A stretch of DNA of 61,875 nt, filler included, from Jimgerdemannia flammicorona (lineage: Eukaryota), in the NCBI GenBank assembly GCA_003990765.1. It is 3 parts of 3 records of this genome, joined end to end, with 100 filler letters (N's around TTAATTAATTAA, not from the genome) between each part and the next. Parts side by side here need not be neighbours in the genome. Positions count along the whole stretch, not along the records: positions 41,321 to 61,875 come from RBNJ01001653.1; 2 more parts are not named here. One strand, written 5' to 3'. This document shows, in pieces, positions 46,891 through 60,592 of this stretch (its first letter is position 1; each line of letters opens with the position of its first letter). The position numbers and the translations under genes were made by a program. The notes below the pieces were generated by a model, which saw only the letters and a list, made by a program, of their open reading frames with translations, did no database searches and was not told where the DNA came from.

Positions 46891-49251
46891 ATGACGAACC
46901 TTCGTTGGCTGATCGCAGCCGCCGTACTCGGTCTCGCGACCCTGCGAACGGACGCCGCCCCTCCTGTAAAGGAAGTCGCCTCCTCTTCCCTTTCCTCCGT
47001 GTCTTCCGCATCTTCAGCATCATCGGCACCCGCACCCTCCTCCTCCTCAACAGCTTGTGAGTAACCAACACCGGTATCTCGGGCGGGCTCTTCGCTCACC
47101 AATGTCATTGTGCTGACTCCCACGGCTTTCGAAACGCTCTTCTTTTCATTTCCTTCGGCCAGCTACACTCTGTCAAGCCTATCCCGCGAACGGCACATGC
47201 GCAGTGAGTATTCCGCTTTCGTCACACGAAATTTTGTGAGCTCCAAAACGGGAGCCTCCAGAAATTGCTCCTAGACATGACATAACTGACGAAAAAACTC
47301 CATTCCCTCTAGGGCTACGTCACCTACCCTTTCGCCCTCGGCTCTATGTCTTTCGCCGCCCTGGAGGCCAACATCTCCAGCCTCATCGTCCTCAAAAATC
47401 TCATCGGCTTGTCCAACCCCACCTGCGTCGACAATTTCTATCGCTACGCATGCAGCTTCGTCTACCCCAAGTGTGGCGCGGCGTCATCCGCAGGTCCGAA
47501 AAACCCATCCATTTTTGGCATTCCGGAATCCGGCTTACCTCCGCTACTACTCATTCGTTCCGCTACTTCTTTGTTTGTTCCGCACCCCTATTTCACTCGT
47601 CGATCCCGATCAACAGGCCAGGTCGTGTACCCAGCCTGCAAGTCCGCCTGCAAGGATGTCATCAATACCTGCACCACCACCCTGACTCAGCTCGGCCAGC
47701 AGGCCCAGCTGCCCAACTGCGCCACGGCCGTTTCCCCCACCATCGAGAAGCCGCTTCAAGACGACGGCTTGTGCAACTACATCGCCCCTGAAGTTGGTAT
47801 GTCATTGATTGATTCATTTACCTAACAATCCGGTTTTATGCAATCAGCAACTCACACATCCTTACAAAAAAAAAAAAAAACTCTCACAGTCTCCACAGCA
47901 ACCACCACCAACAGTACTAACGTTACCTCAGCGGGGCTTGATCTCAAGTCGCTCCCTGTCGGCTACGTCCTGTCCACGTGCCCTCCACCCTTCGTGAAAG
48001 ACCCGGCCGCGCAGTCTGGGACCAATCTTACGTCGAGCGCGCAGTACTGTAAATTCGGGTGTTGCATCCCGTGCCCAGCTCAGAACCTCTTTTATAAGAA
48101 GGACTGGCTCGACTTCGGCTTTCTTTCCACCAACATCGTGCGTGCCATCTCCACTGTCACCTCGGGCATCCTGCTCGTTAGCTACCTGGTCCTACCTGAG
48201 AAGAGGAAGCACCCTTCCGTCCTCATCTTGATGTCCAGCTTTGCTATCTTCTTACTCTCTGCAGTCGTGTTTTTCGTCGTCGGGAACCCCAAGAGGATTC
48301 AGTGCGCGAGCGAATTCCTTCCCAGCACTCAGTCGAACAATCTGTTGTGTACCATTCAAGGTGTGATATTCCCTCCACATCACATTTCCTTTTTTTTGCC
48401 AAAGAATTCCGTGTTCCATTTAGCGTACTGACGCATTCTCGTGACATCCTCCAGGCGCCTGGCTCATTTTCTCCTCCTTTGCGACGGCCATGTGGATTTG
48501 TGCATTGATCATCAACCTCCACGTCCACACGGTCTGGAACTCTAACCTACTCGTGAACCGCTACATCTTGATACATCTCCTCTGCTGGGGCATCCCCGCG
48601 GGCATCACCGCCACGGCGGTAGTACTGCAAGAAATCAAGTGGGAATTCGCGTCGCTCTGCCTAGTCTCCGTCGACCAGATCTTCAATCTCTTCTTTTACC
48701 CATTGGCCATCATCATCTGCCCAAGTTTCCTCATCCACATGGCCACCTTCTTCCATATCGCCCGCATCTCCATGAAGGAGGGCATTGAATCCGAAATGAC
48801 CCAGTCCCGCTCCTTCACCTCTCAGAGCATCGCTCCCCCGCGCATCTCCCATCGCCGCCACGTCATCACCGCCGTCCGCATCCAGTGGCGCGCTCTCCTC
48901 ATGGCTGTCATCGCCGTCGTCACTGTCGTCTTTTACTGGCTCTTCTACTTCACCCAAGTAACAAAGCTCACTACCCTTCGCGACCAGCCAGAACTCATCC
49001 TCGCCTGGATCGCATGTATGATGACCACGGGCCAAACTCAGGATACGTGCCACGATGCAATTTCCCCATACCTTCCCCCATACCCCGTCATGATTGCCGC
49101 TGAAACGGCCGTCTCCCTCGTCGGCTTGTGGCTGTTCGTCATTTTTGCGAAGAGGTCTATCTGGGTTGAATGGTCGGACTGGTGGTACGAGGTCAGGCAG
49201 AATATGAAGACTAAGGGCGAGAAGTCAGAGGATCAGTTCTTAGCACTGTAA
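46891..49251 (+). CDS. Frizzled/Smoothened-like (class F) GPCR with signal peptide and cysteine-rich domain, 611 aa
   Basis: Exons 46891-47056, 47163-47203, 47313-47493, 47617-47796, 47890-48360 and 48455-49251 (all GT-AG; 1836 nt in frame). CRD motifs CVDNFYRYACSFVYPKC and PACKSACKDVINTC; linker CCIPCP; TM motifs KRKHPSVLIL, LCTIQG.W.....ATAMW and HLLCWGIP. Confidence 0.88.
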
Positions 49252-49930
49252 ACGGATGAGAGAGTGGTACCCTTGGATACGATGAGGTTTGGATTTCGAC
49301 CCGGCGGTCGTGCTGGTGGAGGTGTCGGTCTTGTATATTGGAAGCGCATCACATTTCGAAATGTATACCCTGCTACGGGATGATGGGAGGCAAACTGTGC
49401 CGTGCGGTTTCAGAAAAAGCAGATAAAAGGGAGGGAGGGTCCGAGTTGACCTCTCGATACGTCCCTCCCAACCCCGCGCCACCATATTGGATATGCTTTT
49501 TGTATTTTTCTCTGTATTTTATTATGTTTATATCATGTAATGGTTTGGGTCGCCTCGCGCGCTTGCATTTCTCGGCGGCGATCGGCTCTAGCTCTCTTGT
49601 GTGAGAATCACAGCCGCCTATCATATTATTGTACGCAACATTTTGCGACTGTCCGCCTCAGAACGCTTCCGCGCGACTTTTCTGTAGTTGTTGCAATATA
49701 GATATCAGTTTATATGCCCGCAATTATCTCGGCACTCCGAACATTTCTGCGCATTTGCACTGCACCAAAATCACCACCCTACCTGTGGAAAGAGATGATT
49801 TTGTCCCGCCTTTTCAGCAAACTTGAACAATTGAGATGATATACTGCGTATATCACCTCTTTTTTTCTTTCGTGGAGACATCTTCACTAGTTCGTTTTGC
49901 GTTAGGCATCATTTCGTTTTTGTGTGCATT

Positions 49931-49961
<31 letters not shown>

Positions 49962-52639
49962 CGTATGCACCGTCCACATAACGAACCGATCGACATACTG
50001 GCTATGCCCACCGGGCAGATATATTAGACAGAGGACGGATTTTCTGGAACTTAGAATGGATTGCGATCATTAAAGCTATACATAGTTCTACGAATCGCTC
50101 TCCAAAAACCATGCTGTGCTTAAAATTTGGCATGACAACGCGGTGACGAGCATTATTGAAAATGCCTTGGCGAAAATGCCTTGGCGAAAATGCGATAGAT
50201 ATGTATGTATATATATACATCGGCGACCGCGCGTCGCCGGATACGGTCGCTAAAGTTATCGCCGGTAGCGTTCGACTAATCCCTTTAGAGAAAAAGACGC
50301 GGCCGTAGGCGCGGTGTTTTAGAGTCCCGCGGGAGGGGGGAGAGGATATTAAAACGGCCTACTTCGATACGGTGGACATAATTATCCTCGCCAAGACGCT
50401 TGCAGTATTTGATTTAGTCGACCAAACCACCGGAATGACGCGACGGGGACTATCGGGCGGGATGGTTGGACACGCATTTATGGGCCTGGGAACTGTCATT
50501 TTGACTGTCTTGCACAAGAAGGAACTTGTAGAATGCCCTTGCCGAAGCACCGGAACTGGGACTATTCGAAAGTGGGAGTATATTTGATTTGGCGATGGCT
50601 CACATCGCGACATTAACTAGTATGCAAGAATGACGGCATGGCGACCCTGGAATCGCTCAAAACGGAGCACACAAGCGCTCTGGCCGCGATTTAGTCTCAG
50701 CACAGCGCATCAAAGTGAGTTGCACTCTATCGTTGCTGATAAATGATTTCTATCTAGGAGAGTTTAGCATACCTTGCTCTAACAAGCACATAATGAAAAC
50801 AATGTGCACGGGAACTGAAATAGGGACAACTAGATAATATATCATCCTATCTTTTTCATTATTCATCGTTGATCGTGTATATGCTGCTCGTCGGTGGCAC
50901 ACTCCGCGAATGGATCTAAGAATACGAGAAAGTTCACCGCTAGCCGAGAGCCGAGCAAACCTAAAATCCGTGAGATTGAATGGCTCACATCTGGATTGCC
51001 CAAAAGACAGTCAAGTCGCGTGATCATAAGTGGGAAAGAGATGGATGAGATAATTAAAGAAAAAAAATCCAGTGTGTCTATTTCTGGTACCTGATATGTA
51101 ATGGAATCGATTCAAGTGACGACCTTTTGTTATCATAGTCGCACAGATATGGCCTGTTTTAAATACGATCGAATCATGTCGTCGCATCTTCCCAGACTCC
51201 ATACGACAGTGCGGCGCCGACCTCACCAATATGCACTGCCCCCGGTGATCGTATCCCCGCCTAGATAGGAGTAACCGCGGCCCACCGTATCCTCAAGTAG
51301 TCAATATGCATTGAGGTCTCCGTGCACATTCCTGCCTCGGGTGTGTAGTTCATAGCATCTTGCAAGTTAAAATGAAAGGTCAACTATTCTGTCCACATTA
51401 CAAAGCAGTAATGAAGGAAATAACTCACCTACTAGCATTACCTCGTCTATCAATCGCCTCCAACACTATAGCCGTCATGACAGAAAGTAAAGGTATCAAT
51501 TCTGCGAAAACGAAGAGACTGAGATTTCAGCTGGAGGCGCACTTACAGACTTACGGGAATAATACCTTAACCGCTTGGTGGGGTTCTTGTGGATATTCAC
51601 ATGCGCACCCTGCTCCAAGATGTTTTCGAGTGCACAAGAGAGGAATGTACACGCGTCCCCTGAAGAACGGTAAAACAACGCCGACTTTGTGAAGGTGTTC
51701 TCCTTATGTCCTTTGTTCCATAGAATCGTTCGGGTGCTTGTTCCATCGATATGTTCGTTGTCTCTATTTGTAGTTAGTGGTTTGCGGGGGGTCGAGTTTT
51801 CGTGGTGTTTGGCTTAGGATATTCGGCATCCAACACATGTTACTTCTTTTTTTTTTTTTTCTCCTTTTGCTGCAAACGAGGAGAGACTCGGCATCCGACA
51901 TCTTTCATTGATGCACAAGCAGATTTTTTTTTTTTTTTTAATAAATAAATAAATAAATAAATCGGAGTGTGGTTAACATTACCCAATTTTCGTCCACACA
52001 AGTTTTTCGCGAGACGACGTTGGGCAGGCCACCGGCGCATCACGACCCAAACAAGTAGCCGCAACCGCAAACTCCGTGCACGGTCGATTTTCTCAAGGAC
52101 ATTTGGATTACGATGAGAAGCAGAAGCAAAAACGGCTTGTGGGTACACACCCAAAAGACGAGAATTGTGCACGAGTGTGATGGCGCAGCCGATGGATAAC
52201 ACGACGTGATTCATGAGAGGCGTCGTTTTGTCCAGTGGATTTTTGACCTTTGTTATATCCATAACGGATGTACTATTGCTACATACGTTGAGAAGTTGAA
52301 TCCCAGGACGTGTAGGTTTGGGGAGTTGGGTCTACTTGCAGGACATGCATTCCGCAAAATATTGGCTTGGCTGGTTCTTGTCGACCTTTCCGAGAGTCGC
52401 CATCCACGCGATTTGCGACGACGCCGTTGGTAAGGGATAGAACAACGACCGCGGACTCAAGTAATACTTTAGTGGATGAATTGTACTTTTACTATTATTA
52501 TTTTTGTATAGTTCACCGTGACCACTATAGCTATTCATATAAATGAACAAATACATTTGTAGTAGTTGTTCATTCGTGCTTGGCGTGGTGCCTTTGTCTT
52601 TTGATTCACCGTTTTTTAATAACACTCCGTCCTATCAAC

Positions 52640-53740
52640 GTCATTACGCGCTCCTTGACCCGATGCCCGCCGCGGTTGTCGGGCGATCATGGAGTATCTG
52701 GGGCCGTAGCAATTGTAGGCGTCGTTCAGGATTTTATCCTCTTATAATGCAAATAAATAAATAAGTAAACGATATGAGGTTACGTTGTGACAACACGTAT
52801 TTATAGTCGCTTGTACCAAAATTTTCAATCATTCTAACAACAAAATATACCTTCTTCCGTCCATGGGCCCGTCACCAGCTTTAGATTCAACGCCCTGTTG
52901 TAATGAAAGGCACACTGCCGACTTGAACGTTGGATACCAGTCGCTTTGCTAACCTCAGAAGCAATGACTTCCCAGTCATTTGGATGGCGCTCGAATGCAT
53001 CGAGAATCGCCTTATCATCTTCCTTGGTAAAGCGAACTGTCGGGGTGGATGACGAGGACGAATGGGTGCAACATCCTTCTAGGCAATCCACGGAAAAAAG
53101 GAAAAAAGAAAGAAAAAAGCTTTAGGAGGGTTCATATATTACCTCCTATGGTCGACGTTTTCGGACTATTGTACTTATTCCAACATTGTCATCGGTTCCG
53201 TGTCCCAACTTTCTGAGAGATGGTTTGCCAATTCGATCTGACATACGTCTGGACGGCGGTTAACAGCTCCTTCTCCTCCGCAGGCGATCAGGGCCCAACT
53301 TTTTGGCGTGGGTTCCCCACAGCTATCCAACTATCGGACAACTGAGAACAGGATCTATTTGGAAAGTATCGTTCGGTGAGGAGCCTCCAGCTGCAACCGT
53401 GTTGGCCCACTTTCTCTCGCAGGAGGCGGTTTCATCCTCGGTCCAACCGAGAAATCTGTTACGAACAGCTTCCGGATCAGATCATGCGCTATCGATGGCA
53501 TGCGTCTGACGAAGCGCCTAGAACAGGAGACTGGCGTACGGCCCTGGAGGGTTGAAGCAACAGCCGTCCAGTTGTTGCCGTATCTCATTTGGGCTTCTGT
53601 GACGATGCGGTCTTGGACCAAAATCTGATGAGCCTTGGAGCTGAAGGCCGAGCGGAGGCGGTGAAGGAGCGAGCGGAAACGGTGAAGGAGCGTAATTGTG
53701 CGAAGGATTGCTTTACGAAATGAAACGTGGCGAGGTACAC
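52640..53740 (-). pseudogene. Multi-repeat Myb/SANT protein, apparent pseudogene
   Basis: Five repeat starts: FWS..DRIVTEAQMRYGNNW, GWTEDET/LLREKVGQHGCSW, GP*SPAEEKELL...NWQTISQKVGTRNR*QCWNKY, RFTKEDDKAIL...DWEVIA, and GPWTEE|EDKIL. Frameshifts and TGA stops are present. Confidence 0.75.
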
Positions 53741-55719
53741 TACGCTAGTCAAACAAGCGTGTTTGTGGCTTTAGCCCATATAGAGTCTCGAACCTGAATG
53801 ACGTCACCATTTCAATACGCATGGGTATAGCTTTTTCTCCGAACCCTAACCATATGCGGTAAAGGCCCACTTCTGAAATTATATACATGTGCTATCAGCT
53901 TCGATGCCGCATGGCAAAACGCGAATGAAAACAGAAACCAAACTGCAAACCGTTACCTTTTCACCCGTGGCTAGTATATATACAAAGATGAGACCTCTCC
54001 TCGACCTCAAAAAAAAAAAAAAAAAAAAAAAGGGAGGGGAGGGGGGGTATCGGCAGAACTGAAATTTTTAGCAACAAATATACATAAATATCCAACCAGA
54101 CACACAGCTTGGCAATACGCCGCCCACATACAAGTATCCAATCCAACGATGACTAGGCCTGCACACGGTTCCCGCTCACAGTCGAGGCTGGCGGTGTGGC
54201 GACGAAAATGAAACTCGAGGCGTCACGAATTGAAGTCATATGCGGTCTGGTGGTTATATTTGAGTCAGAGTCAAACATGTGGGTTCCATTGCGAAATGCG
54301 TGGCGAAGGGAACCCTTCAGCATGTTGAGGTTGTATGTTTGGCCTCTCAGTCAGGCCTTTTATGAAATCAATAAATGGCGAGATGACAGTTGGGGTAATA
54401 ATCGCCGATGTCTTGATCATGGTCGTCATCCAGATCATACAATTTATCGATACCGCCAGCAAGCTCGTTGGTAACAGTCGCTTGTCTTTAGACTCGCGAA
54501 ACCATGTCACTTTAATAGGATCCTGATGTTGCCCGCTGTGCTTTGGGACGTGGTTACGTGGATGAGCTTCTGGTATGTTTTATTTCATGCATAGAGCAAG
54601 CACGTCCGCCTTTTTTTTTTTTTTTGGCTCTTTTGAAATATAGGTCATGTAGCCGATAGCCCTTGTAACCAAGCAGGGTCAACACAACATTCCGCCTGTC
54701 CACGATTTTGAGCGTAATACTTGACCCCTAACAATGGCGAGCGGGTTGTCCAATCACCGATCTCAGACTTTACACGTCTGACGCTCTGCGTCTCTCTGCG
54801 TTTCCGGAAACCGAAGCCCTTCCCATTTCCATCGCGCCCTTTTCCGTTCGAGACGTTGGGATTTTTGGTGGGAAGCGGCTACACAGATGAGACGCCCGTA
54901 TGGGGGAGTATGGGGTCCGGAAATTGTGTACACAGAAACGAGGGTAGTGATCGGTCAAGTGGATGCAGAAACTTTTAATTCCTTGTTCACATACATTCTT
55001 CTGCATCTCATTAGAAACGACACGAAGAACGAACGGCCAAACACGTCAGTGCCTGGCGCATGAGTCTCCCTTTATGTCTGTTTGTACGACGGTTGATCTT
55101 CCTTGATTGGCCGGCTCACGAGATCTTCATCTGGGGTGGTTCATTGCAAGGGGGACTCCACGGCGGTTCCGCTTGGGGGGGCTTGTTGAGGGGTGAGAAT
55201 GCTTTAGCAGGAAACGAATGGTAGGCGGGGTTTGCAAGGAGAGAGCGGGCAACATGCGGTTCTCTTCAAGGGTTGCTGCGGCTGTGGAGTGTCCGAGGTT
55301 GGTCAGACCACGCGAGGAGTCTCGCACAAAAAATTTGGGGGCCTCGATCGGTGTCCCCCAGAATTGGTCAAGTATAAATGTCGTGTCAGAATCCGCTTCC
55401 ACGGGTTTGTACTTTTACCTCCCCGCTGCGATAACCACCGAACCACGGAAGCGCGCCTTCAGAGGTCGACCCGCGTTGCACAGCCCATGAACGAATAGAA
55501 ATAGACTCATATATTCCGACCACACGCGCGTCTGATACTTGCAAGCCACTGAAGCCACCAAACGGTCGTACCCTATAAATACAAAAATCAAAAGGTATTA
55601 ACCCACACCTACTCATCACAGTCCCGAGATCACCGTCCCTGTACTGATCTCATCCACAATGTCAACCTTCCCCTTTCATCATAGACCCTGCAGATTCCAT
55701 TCCAGGCTCCGACCACGTC

Positions 55720-56140
55720 ATGTCCGACAACAATGATGAAGACGTAAGTACTCTACCTTGCCCATATCCTTTTGCTTTGCCTCGCGTTCTCCCCCTCGAA
55801 CGCCACCACGTCCGTTCCGTCCTCGCGACGACGTCCGCGCCAGCCTCCCAAACCTGAAACCTCACGAAAGTCACAGTGTCGTATGACGTCACCTTTCTGT
55901 GGTGGCTTCGCCGCGGATGGTGACGCAAAAATAAATATAGTTGTCCAAATACTAAATAATCGACATTAAATGTTAATGAATACAACGATCCTCTCCCTCT
56001 CTACTATGTGTACTTTCAGACTGCCTGTGTTATCTGCGGCGGCACCAACTCGACAAAAAAAAACCAGATCGTATTCTGCGATGGCGGTGGTGTGTCAACG
56101 ATATAATATCTTTATATCTTTTTGCTGTACCGTTAATTCT

Positions 56141-56176
<36 letters not shown>

Positions 56177-59100
56177 TTTTTGTTTGGTTCCGTCGATATC
56201 TAATTCTTGTCGACATCTTCCCCGACGACAACGCATTAGCGGACTGCAACATTGCCGTCCACCAAAGTATGTATGATTAATCTACATTCTGCAATGGTTG
56301 ACCACCAAATTCAAGCAAAGCCCCCCTCTTTCAACCAATATCCCCTCTTACCCATCTCCCATCTAGAATGCTATGGAATCGACGTTATCCCTGATGCCGA
56401 CTGGCTCTGCCAGCGCTGCCAGGACCGTATTTCCGTGACGCAGACTGTGAGTTCCCATTTCCTCCACATTACTCAATCTTCTTTTTCTCTCTTTTCACAA
56501 AGATTCATCTGACCGTTCACTGTCCTCTCCTTACCCACAGAAAGTCATCTGCTGCCCCAAATCATCATCACCGAACGGCGGCGCCTTCAAACGCACCGAC
56601 GTCCCAAACCAGTACATACACGTCGAGTGCGCCATCTGGAATAAAGACATCGACCATACTAAGGAACCGTTTCACATCAACACGGCGCTCGTTGGAGCGC
56701 AGGTGGGCATTTGGGGTGGGCAAGGATGGCGTTGGCTGGGGTTAGGTGTGGAGTTTGTGTTTCCATCGTGCATTGTCGTACATCTATCTCCATCTCATTC
56801 TACCTTCCTTTCACCACCACCAGAAATGCCACATCTGCAACAATACTAAAGGCCTCTGCCCCCAATGTCAATACGGGCCCGGGTGTACGAACTACATCCA
56901 TATCACCTGCGCAATCGAACAACGCACGTTCAACCCGCGCGATAAGGACGTGCTCGTTCTGTGCGGCGACCACCTTAGTGCACCTGCCATGAGCAGGAGC
57001 CCGTCGATCGGGTCCAGTTCGTCGGCAGTGCCTGCCACAAGGGGCAAGAGGCGGCGCGTGAGGAGGGTGGAGACGGACGACGAGGCGACTGATGAGGAGG
57101 AGGAGGGGGACGAGGAAGAGGAAGCGGAGGAGGAGGAAGAGGACGAGGACGAGGACGAGGACGAGGAACAGGTCACGGACAGCGACGTGTCGATGGGGAC
57201 TACCGAAAGCGCCAAGGCAAAAAGCAAGAGCAAGGAGAAGGAGCCCGTCAAGGCTGGCGTTAAGAGGCCCCGTGGTAGACCGAGGAAGGAATCGGCTACC
57301 TCGACCCTCAAGGCCACGGCGTCCAACGGGACCAAAGCGCGCGCGAGGCCCCGCGACGACGATGACGACAACGACGACAACGATAGCGGGTCCGACGACG
57401 CCGATCTTGGGAGTCGCATGGGTGACAGGCGCGCACCGGGCGTCACCGCCCTCGCCTCCTCTTCCACCTCTGCCATCCGCGGCAAAACCATCCCCACCGG
57501 CGCGGCCACCACCGCCCAGAGCAGCAACAAACTCAAGGCCATGCTAGCCAGCAAGCGCGCCCGCAAAGATTCCGGCGGCTGGCAGCCCAACGCTGTGGGT
57601 CCCTCCCCCGCCGCCGTTGGAGCTTCATCCTCCGTTGCGCCGCTTGTCCTTTCAAAGTCTCTCCCGGCTAAGCCCCCAGTCACGGCTAGTAGTGGCGCCA
57701 GTCTCTCGCAGGTACTGCCCAACGTCGCCGGAGCTTCCGTGCAGGTGGCGTCTCCCGGCGCTCCTACGTTGCAGCTGCAGCAACAACCGCTCAACACAAT
57801 CATCGCCGCACCACTAAAGAGGCCAAGCCTGGCTCCGGCACCCAGCATGGTCGCTAGGGCGAACATGTCGCCTAACGCTACGCCATTGAGCCCAGGGAAT
57901 GCTGCGGGTGCTGGCGCGAATGTGCCCACGTCGACTGGGTTTAAGAGGGCCGGAGGCGGGATGGGGATTGGTGGTGGGGCGGGGTCGGGTGCTAGTGGCG
58001 GCCCGGCGGCCGCGTTGGATCTTGATACGGTGAGCTATGCGGTCTCTTCTAACGTGTTGTTTGTGTTATCCGTATTTATATATATTATATATATCACCTG
58101 ACTAACCTGGCCGATGACCGCATAGAAATGGAGTATGTCCCTCCCTCCACCGATCCACCAGACACCCTCGCTCGGTTTTGGCTCCTCTTCCGCCGGCGAC
58201 GCCAACGGGAGCAAGCCCGGTACACCGAGGTACACTGACAAACGGTTTCAGCTTGGATCGGCGGCGGGGTCGGGTGGCGCGAATGGTGGACCAATGCAGG
58301 TTGGCCAGGGTGGCCAGGGTGGCCAAGGTGGCCAGGGGATGTGAGTATTCCCTGTTTCGTTCGTGGGCGGTATGACAATGTCAAAGACGGTACAGACGAA
58401 GAGATTGATTGGGGATTCGATTGACTGAGCAACTTATGCAAAGCATTTGTTTTCATTTTCAAAATACAAACAGGGGGCGGAGGGCCGAAATACAGGAGTT
58501 TAGCGAGCTTCTGCGAAATTTCATGGAGGTTAGGATGGCGGGAGTTGAAAATACGCTGTCAAGTGAGTATGAACTGCAAGTTGTAATTAGTTTCTCTGAA
58601 TGCCCATAGATGTTGACAGACTCCAATGTGCCTTCACCCTTCCATTCCGTTCCTCAGAAATCAACGCTCAAACCTCCGCCCCGGTCAACTCCGCGACCAA
58701 TGAGCACGTCACGCAGATCATCAGCCTCCAAGCGCAACTGCGCACGGCCGAAGTAGACCGAGAGCGGTTGCAGGCGACGTTGAACTTGGAGCGGGAACAG
58801 CTGGGACGGCTCAAGGCCGAGCTGCGCCGCGGCCATGTTTTGCGCCAGAATGTCAGCGTCGTTTTCGGGAGTATGAACTTCCGCCTTCCCCAAACCGGGG
58901 AATTCGCGTCAGACCGACTAGACGATTACGCCCGCGAGCTCGCCGCCGTCTTCAGGAGGGCCCCTGTCCCACCCGAGCAGAGAGAGAAGGTCATTGCGCG
59001 AGTCGTGAGGGAGGTGGAGGCCGAGACCGCTCTGGCTGCGCGTGAGAACGGGGCCGGAAACGGGAGGCCCGAGAGCGAGAGTAGGAGGGAAGTGCAATAC

Positions 59101-59289
59101 GAGGAAGAGGAGAGCGTGGAGGAGGAGGAGGTAATGGAGGGGAGTAATGGGCATGCAAACAGTAATATGAATGGGACCAGAACACCCATTCTCGCCCCGG
59201 CGACGGTTCACATGCACAAAGGGAAGTTGCACGAGAACATTAATGTCGATACACCCATGGGCGGGGAAGCCAGGGGAACCGGGTCGTGA
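55720..59289 (+). CDS. PZP (PHD-Zn knuckle-PHD) chromatin protein with acidic tract, AT-hook and C-terminal coiled coil, ~833 aa
   Basis: Exons 55720-55743, 56020-56086, 56240-56266, 56367-56446, 56541-56702, 56824-58029, 58126-58340, 58474-58562 and 58658-59289 (2502 nt in frame). Motifs: CVIC...NQIVFCDGADCNIAVHQKCYG...WLCQRC; GAFKRT...IHVECA; CHIC...GLCPQC...HITCA; KRPRGRPRK. Confidence 0.88.
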
Positions 59290-59949
59290 GTTTTTGTCAT
59301 CGGTTTTCGGTTTAAGAAAAGGGGGGAAAAAACATTGAGACATTACGTGTTTGGGCGTAGGTTTGTGGCGTGGCGTTGGGTATCGCGTCCCGGCCTCCTC
59401 ACCTCGCTTACTATGTAGTATAGTATAGTATTCCCTGCCAAAATCATACGTAGATGCATAACTTGCGTACATATATATATATTATGTCTGTGTTTACGTA
59501 TGTTCGCTTCCGTTCGCTTTGCTTAGCTTAGCATCGTGTAATTAGTACCGTTTTCTTTACCGCTTTGGTGTATGTGTTGTAAAAAATGTATTCGCGGCTT
59601 GTAAGCTAAGCGTAGAATTACGTATCAATCGAAAGAAAAAAAAAAAACTCTATCTGTGACTGCAAGCAGTTCGGTCAGGATAGAACACTGAAAGTCTATG
59701 CCACCTTCACTCCATTTTGTCCAATGTATATATATATATATATATATACCTGGCGATTTATTTTTATGCTTCCCCGCACCGATCAAAAATAACCCATTGG
59801 ATAAAGACCATCTCCTTTCCGACGTGCCAGGATAGCTAAACTCGTTCGTGAATTGGCAATACGAAAGTTTGCGCTCTGTTTCCCTTGATTTTTTTTTTAT
59901 CTCTTGGCTTCTGCTTGAAAGTGCAACTCTGTCTTGCTGTCAGCAGAAG

Positions 59950-60292
59950 TAGATTCATTATACAAAACTGACATGCAATATAACTATAATATAACTGGCA
60001 TCATTAACAATATCCTGTATCTACATATCTACAGACTATTTGTTAGTATATCCATAATATAGTTCTCTATCAGATGAACAAGTCTATCAGAAAAATATAA
60101 GATTACTAATAGAATTATATATAAGAATGACAAAATATATATCTCAAACTCCAATAACCTTTACTTTAAGATCCTCAAGGAAAACTATGACTCTCTTCTC
60201 ACTAGTTATATAGAATATCAGAAAACCATCTATAATATGTATTTGTTATTACTTTTTTTGGCCTACAATGAATTAAGATATCAAGGAATATA
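59950..60292 (+). mobile_element. Gypsy integrase zinc-binding region fragment
   Basis: KILKENYDSLLTSYIEYQKT...FWPTMN*DIKEY is a decayed HD...GH.G..KT...YWP.M..DI motif. Confidence 0.6.
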
Positions 60293-60518
60293 CAGTGACA
60301 GTCAAAAGTGTACTAATGTTTGGTTATTATTAATATTTTAATTATATTATACCTCCAATCTAAATTCTATTTAATCAAAATTTTAAACATTAATAAAATA
60401 GCCTTTAAACTTTTAAATAGTATGTGCTTTATTATATTTAGATAATTATAGACATTAATATAACCATTTTAAGTTAAATTGTCCATTGGTTCTATTTTGG
60501 CCCTTCTCAGTATATAGA

Positions 60519-60592
<74 letters not shown>

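Noticed and set aside
49300..52600. Numerous short ORFs and small tandem repeats (e.g. gaaaatgccttggc at ~50159-50192)
   Set aside because: No coding signal or motif support; ordinary intergenic low-complexity DNA.
56892..57929. 345-aa antisense ORF
   Set aside because: Shadow of the GC-rich exon 6 of the PZP gene.
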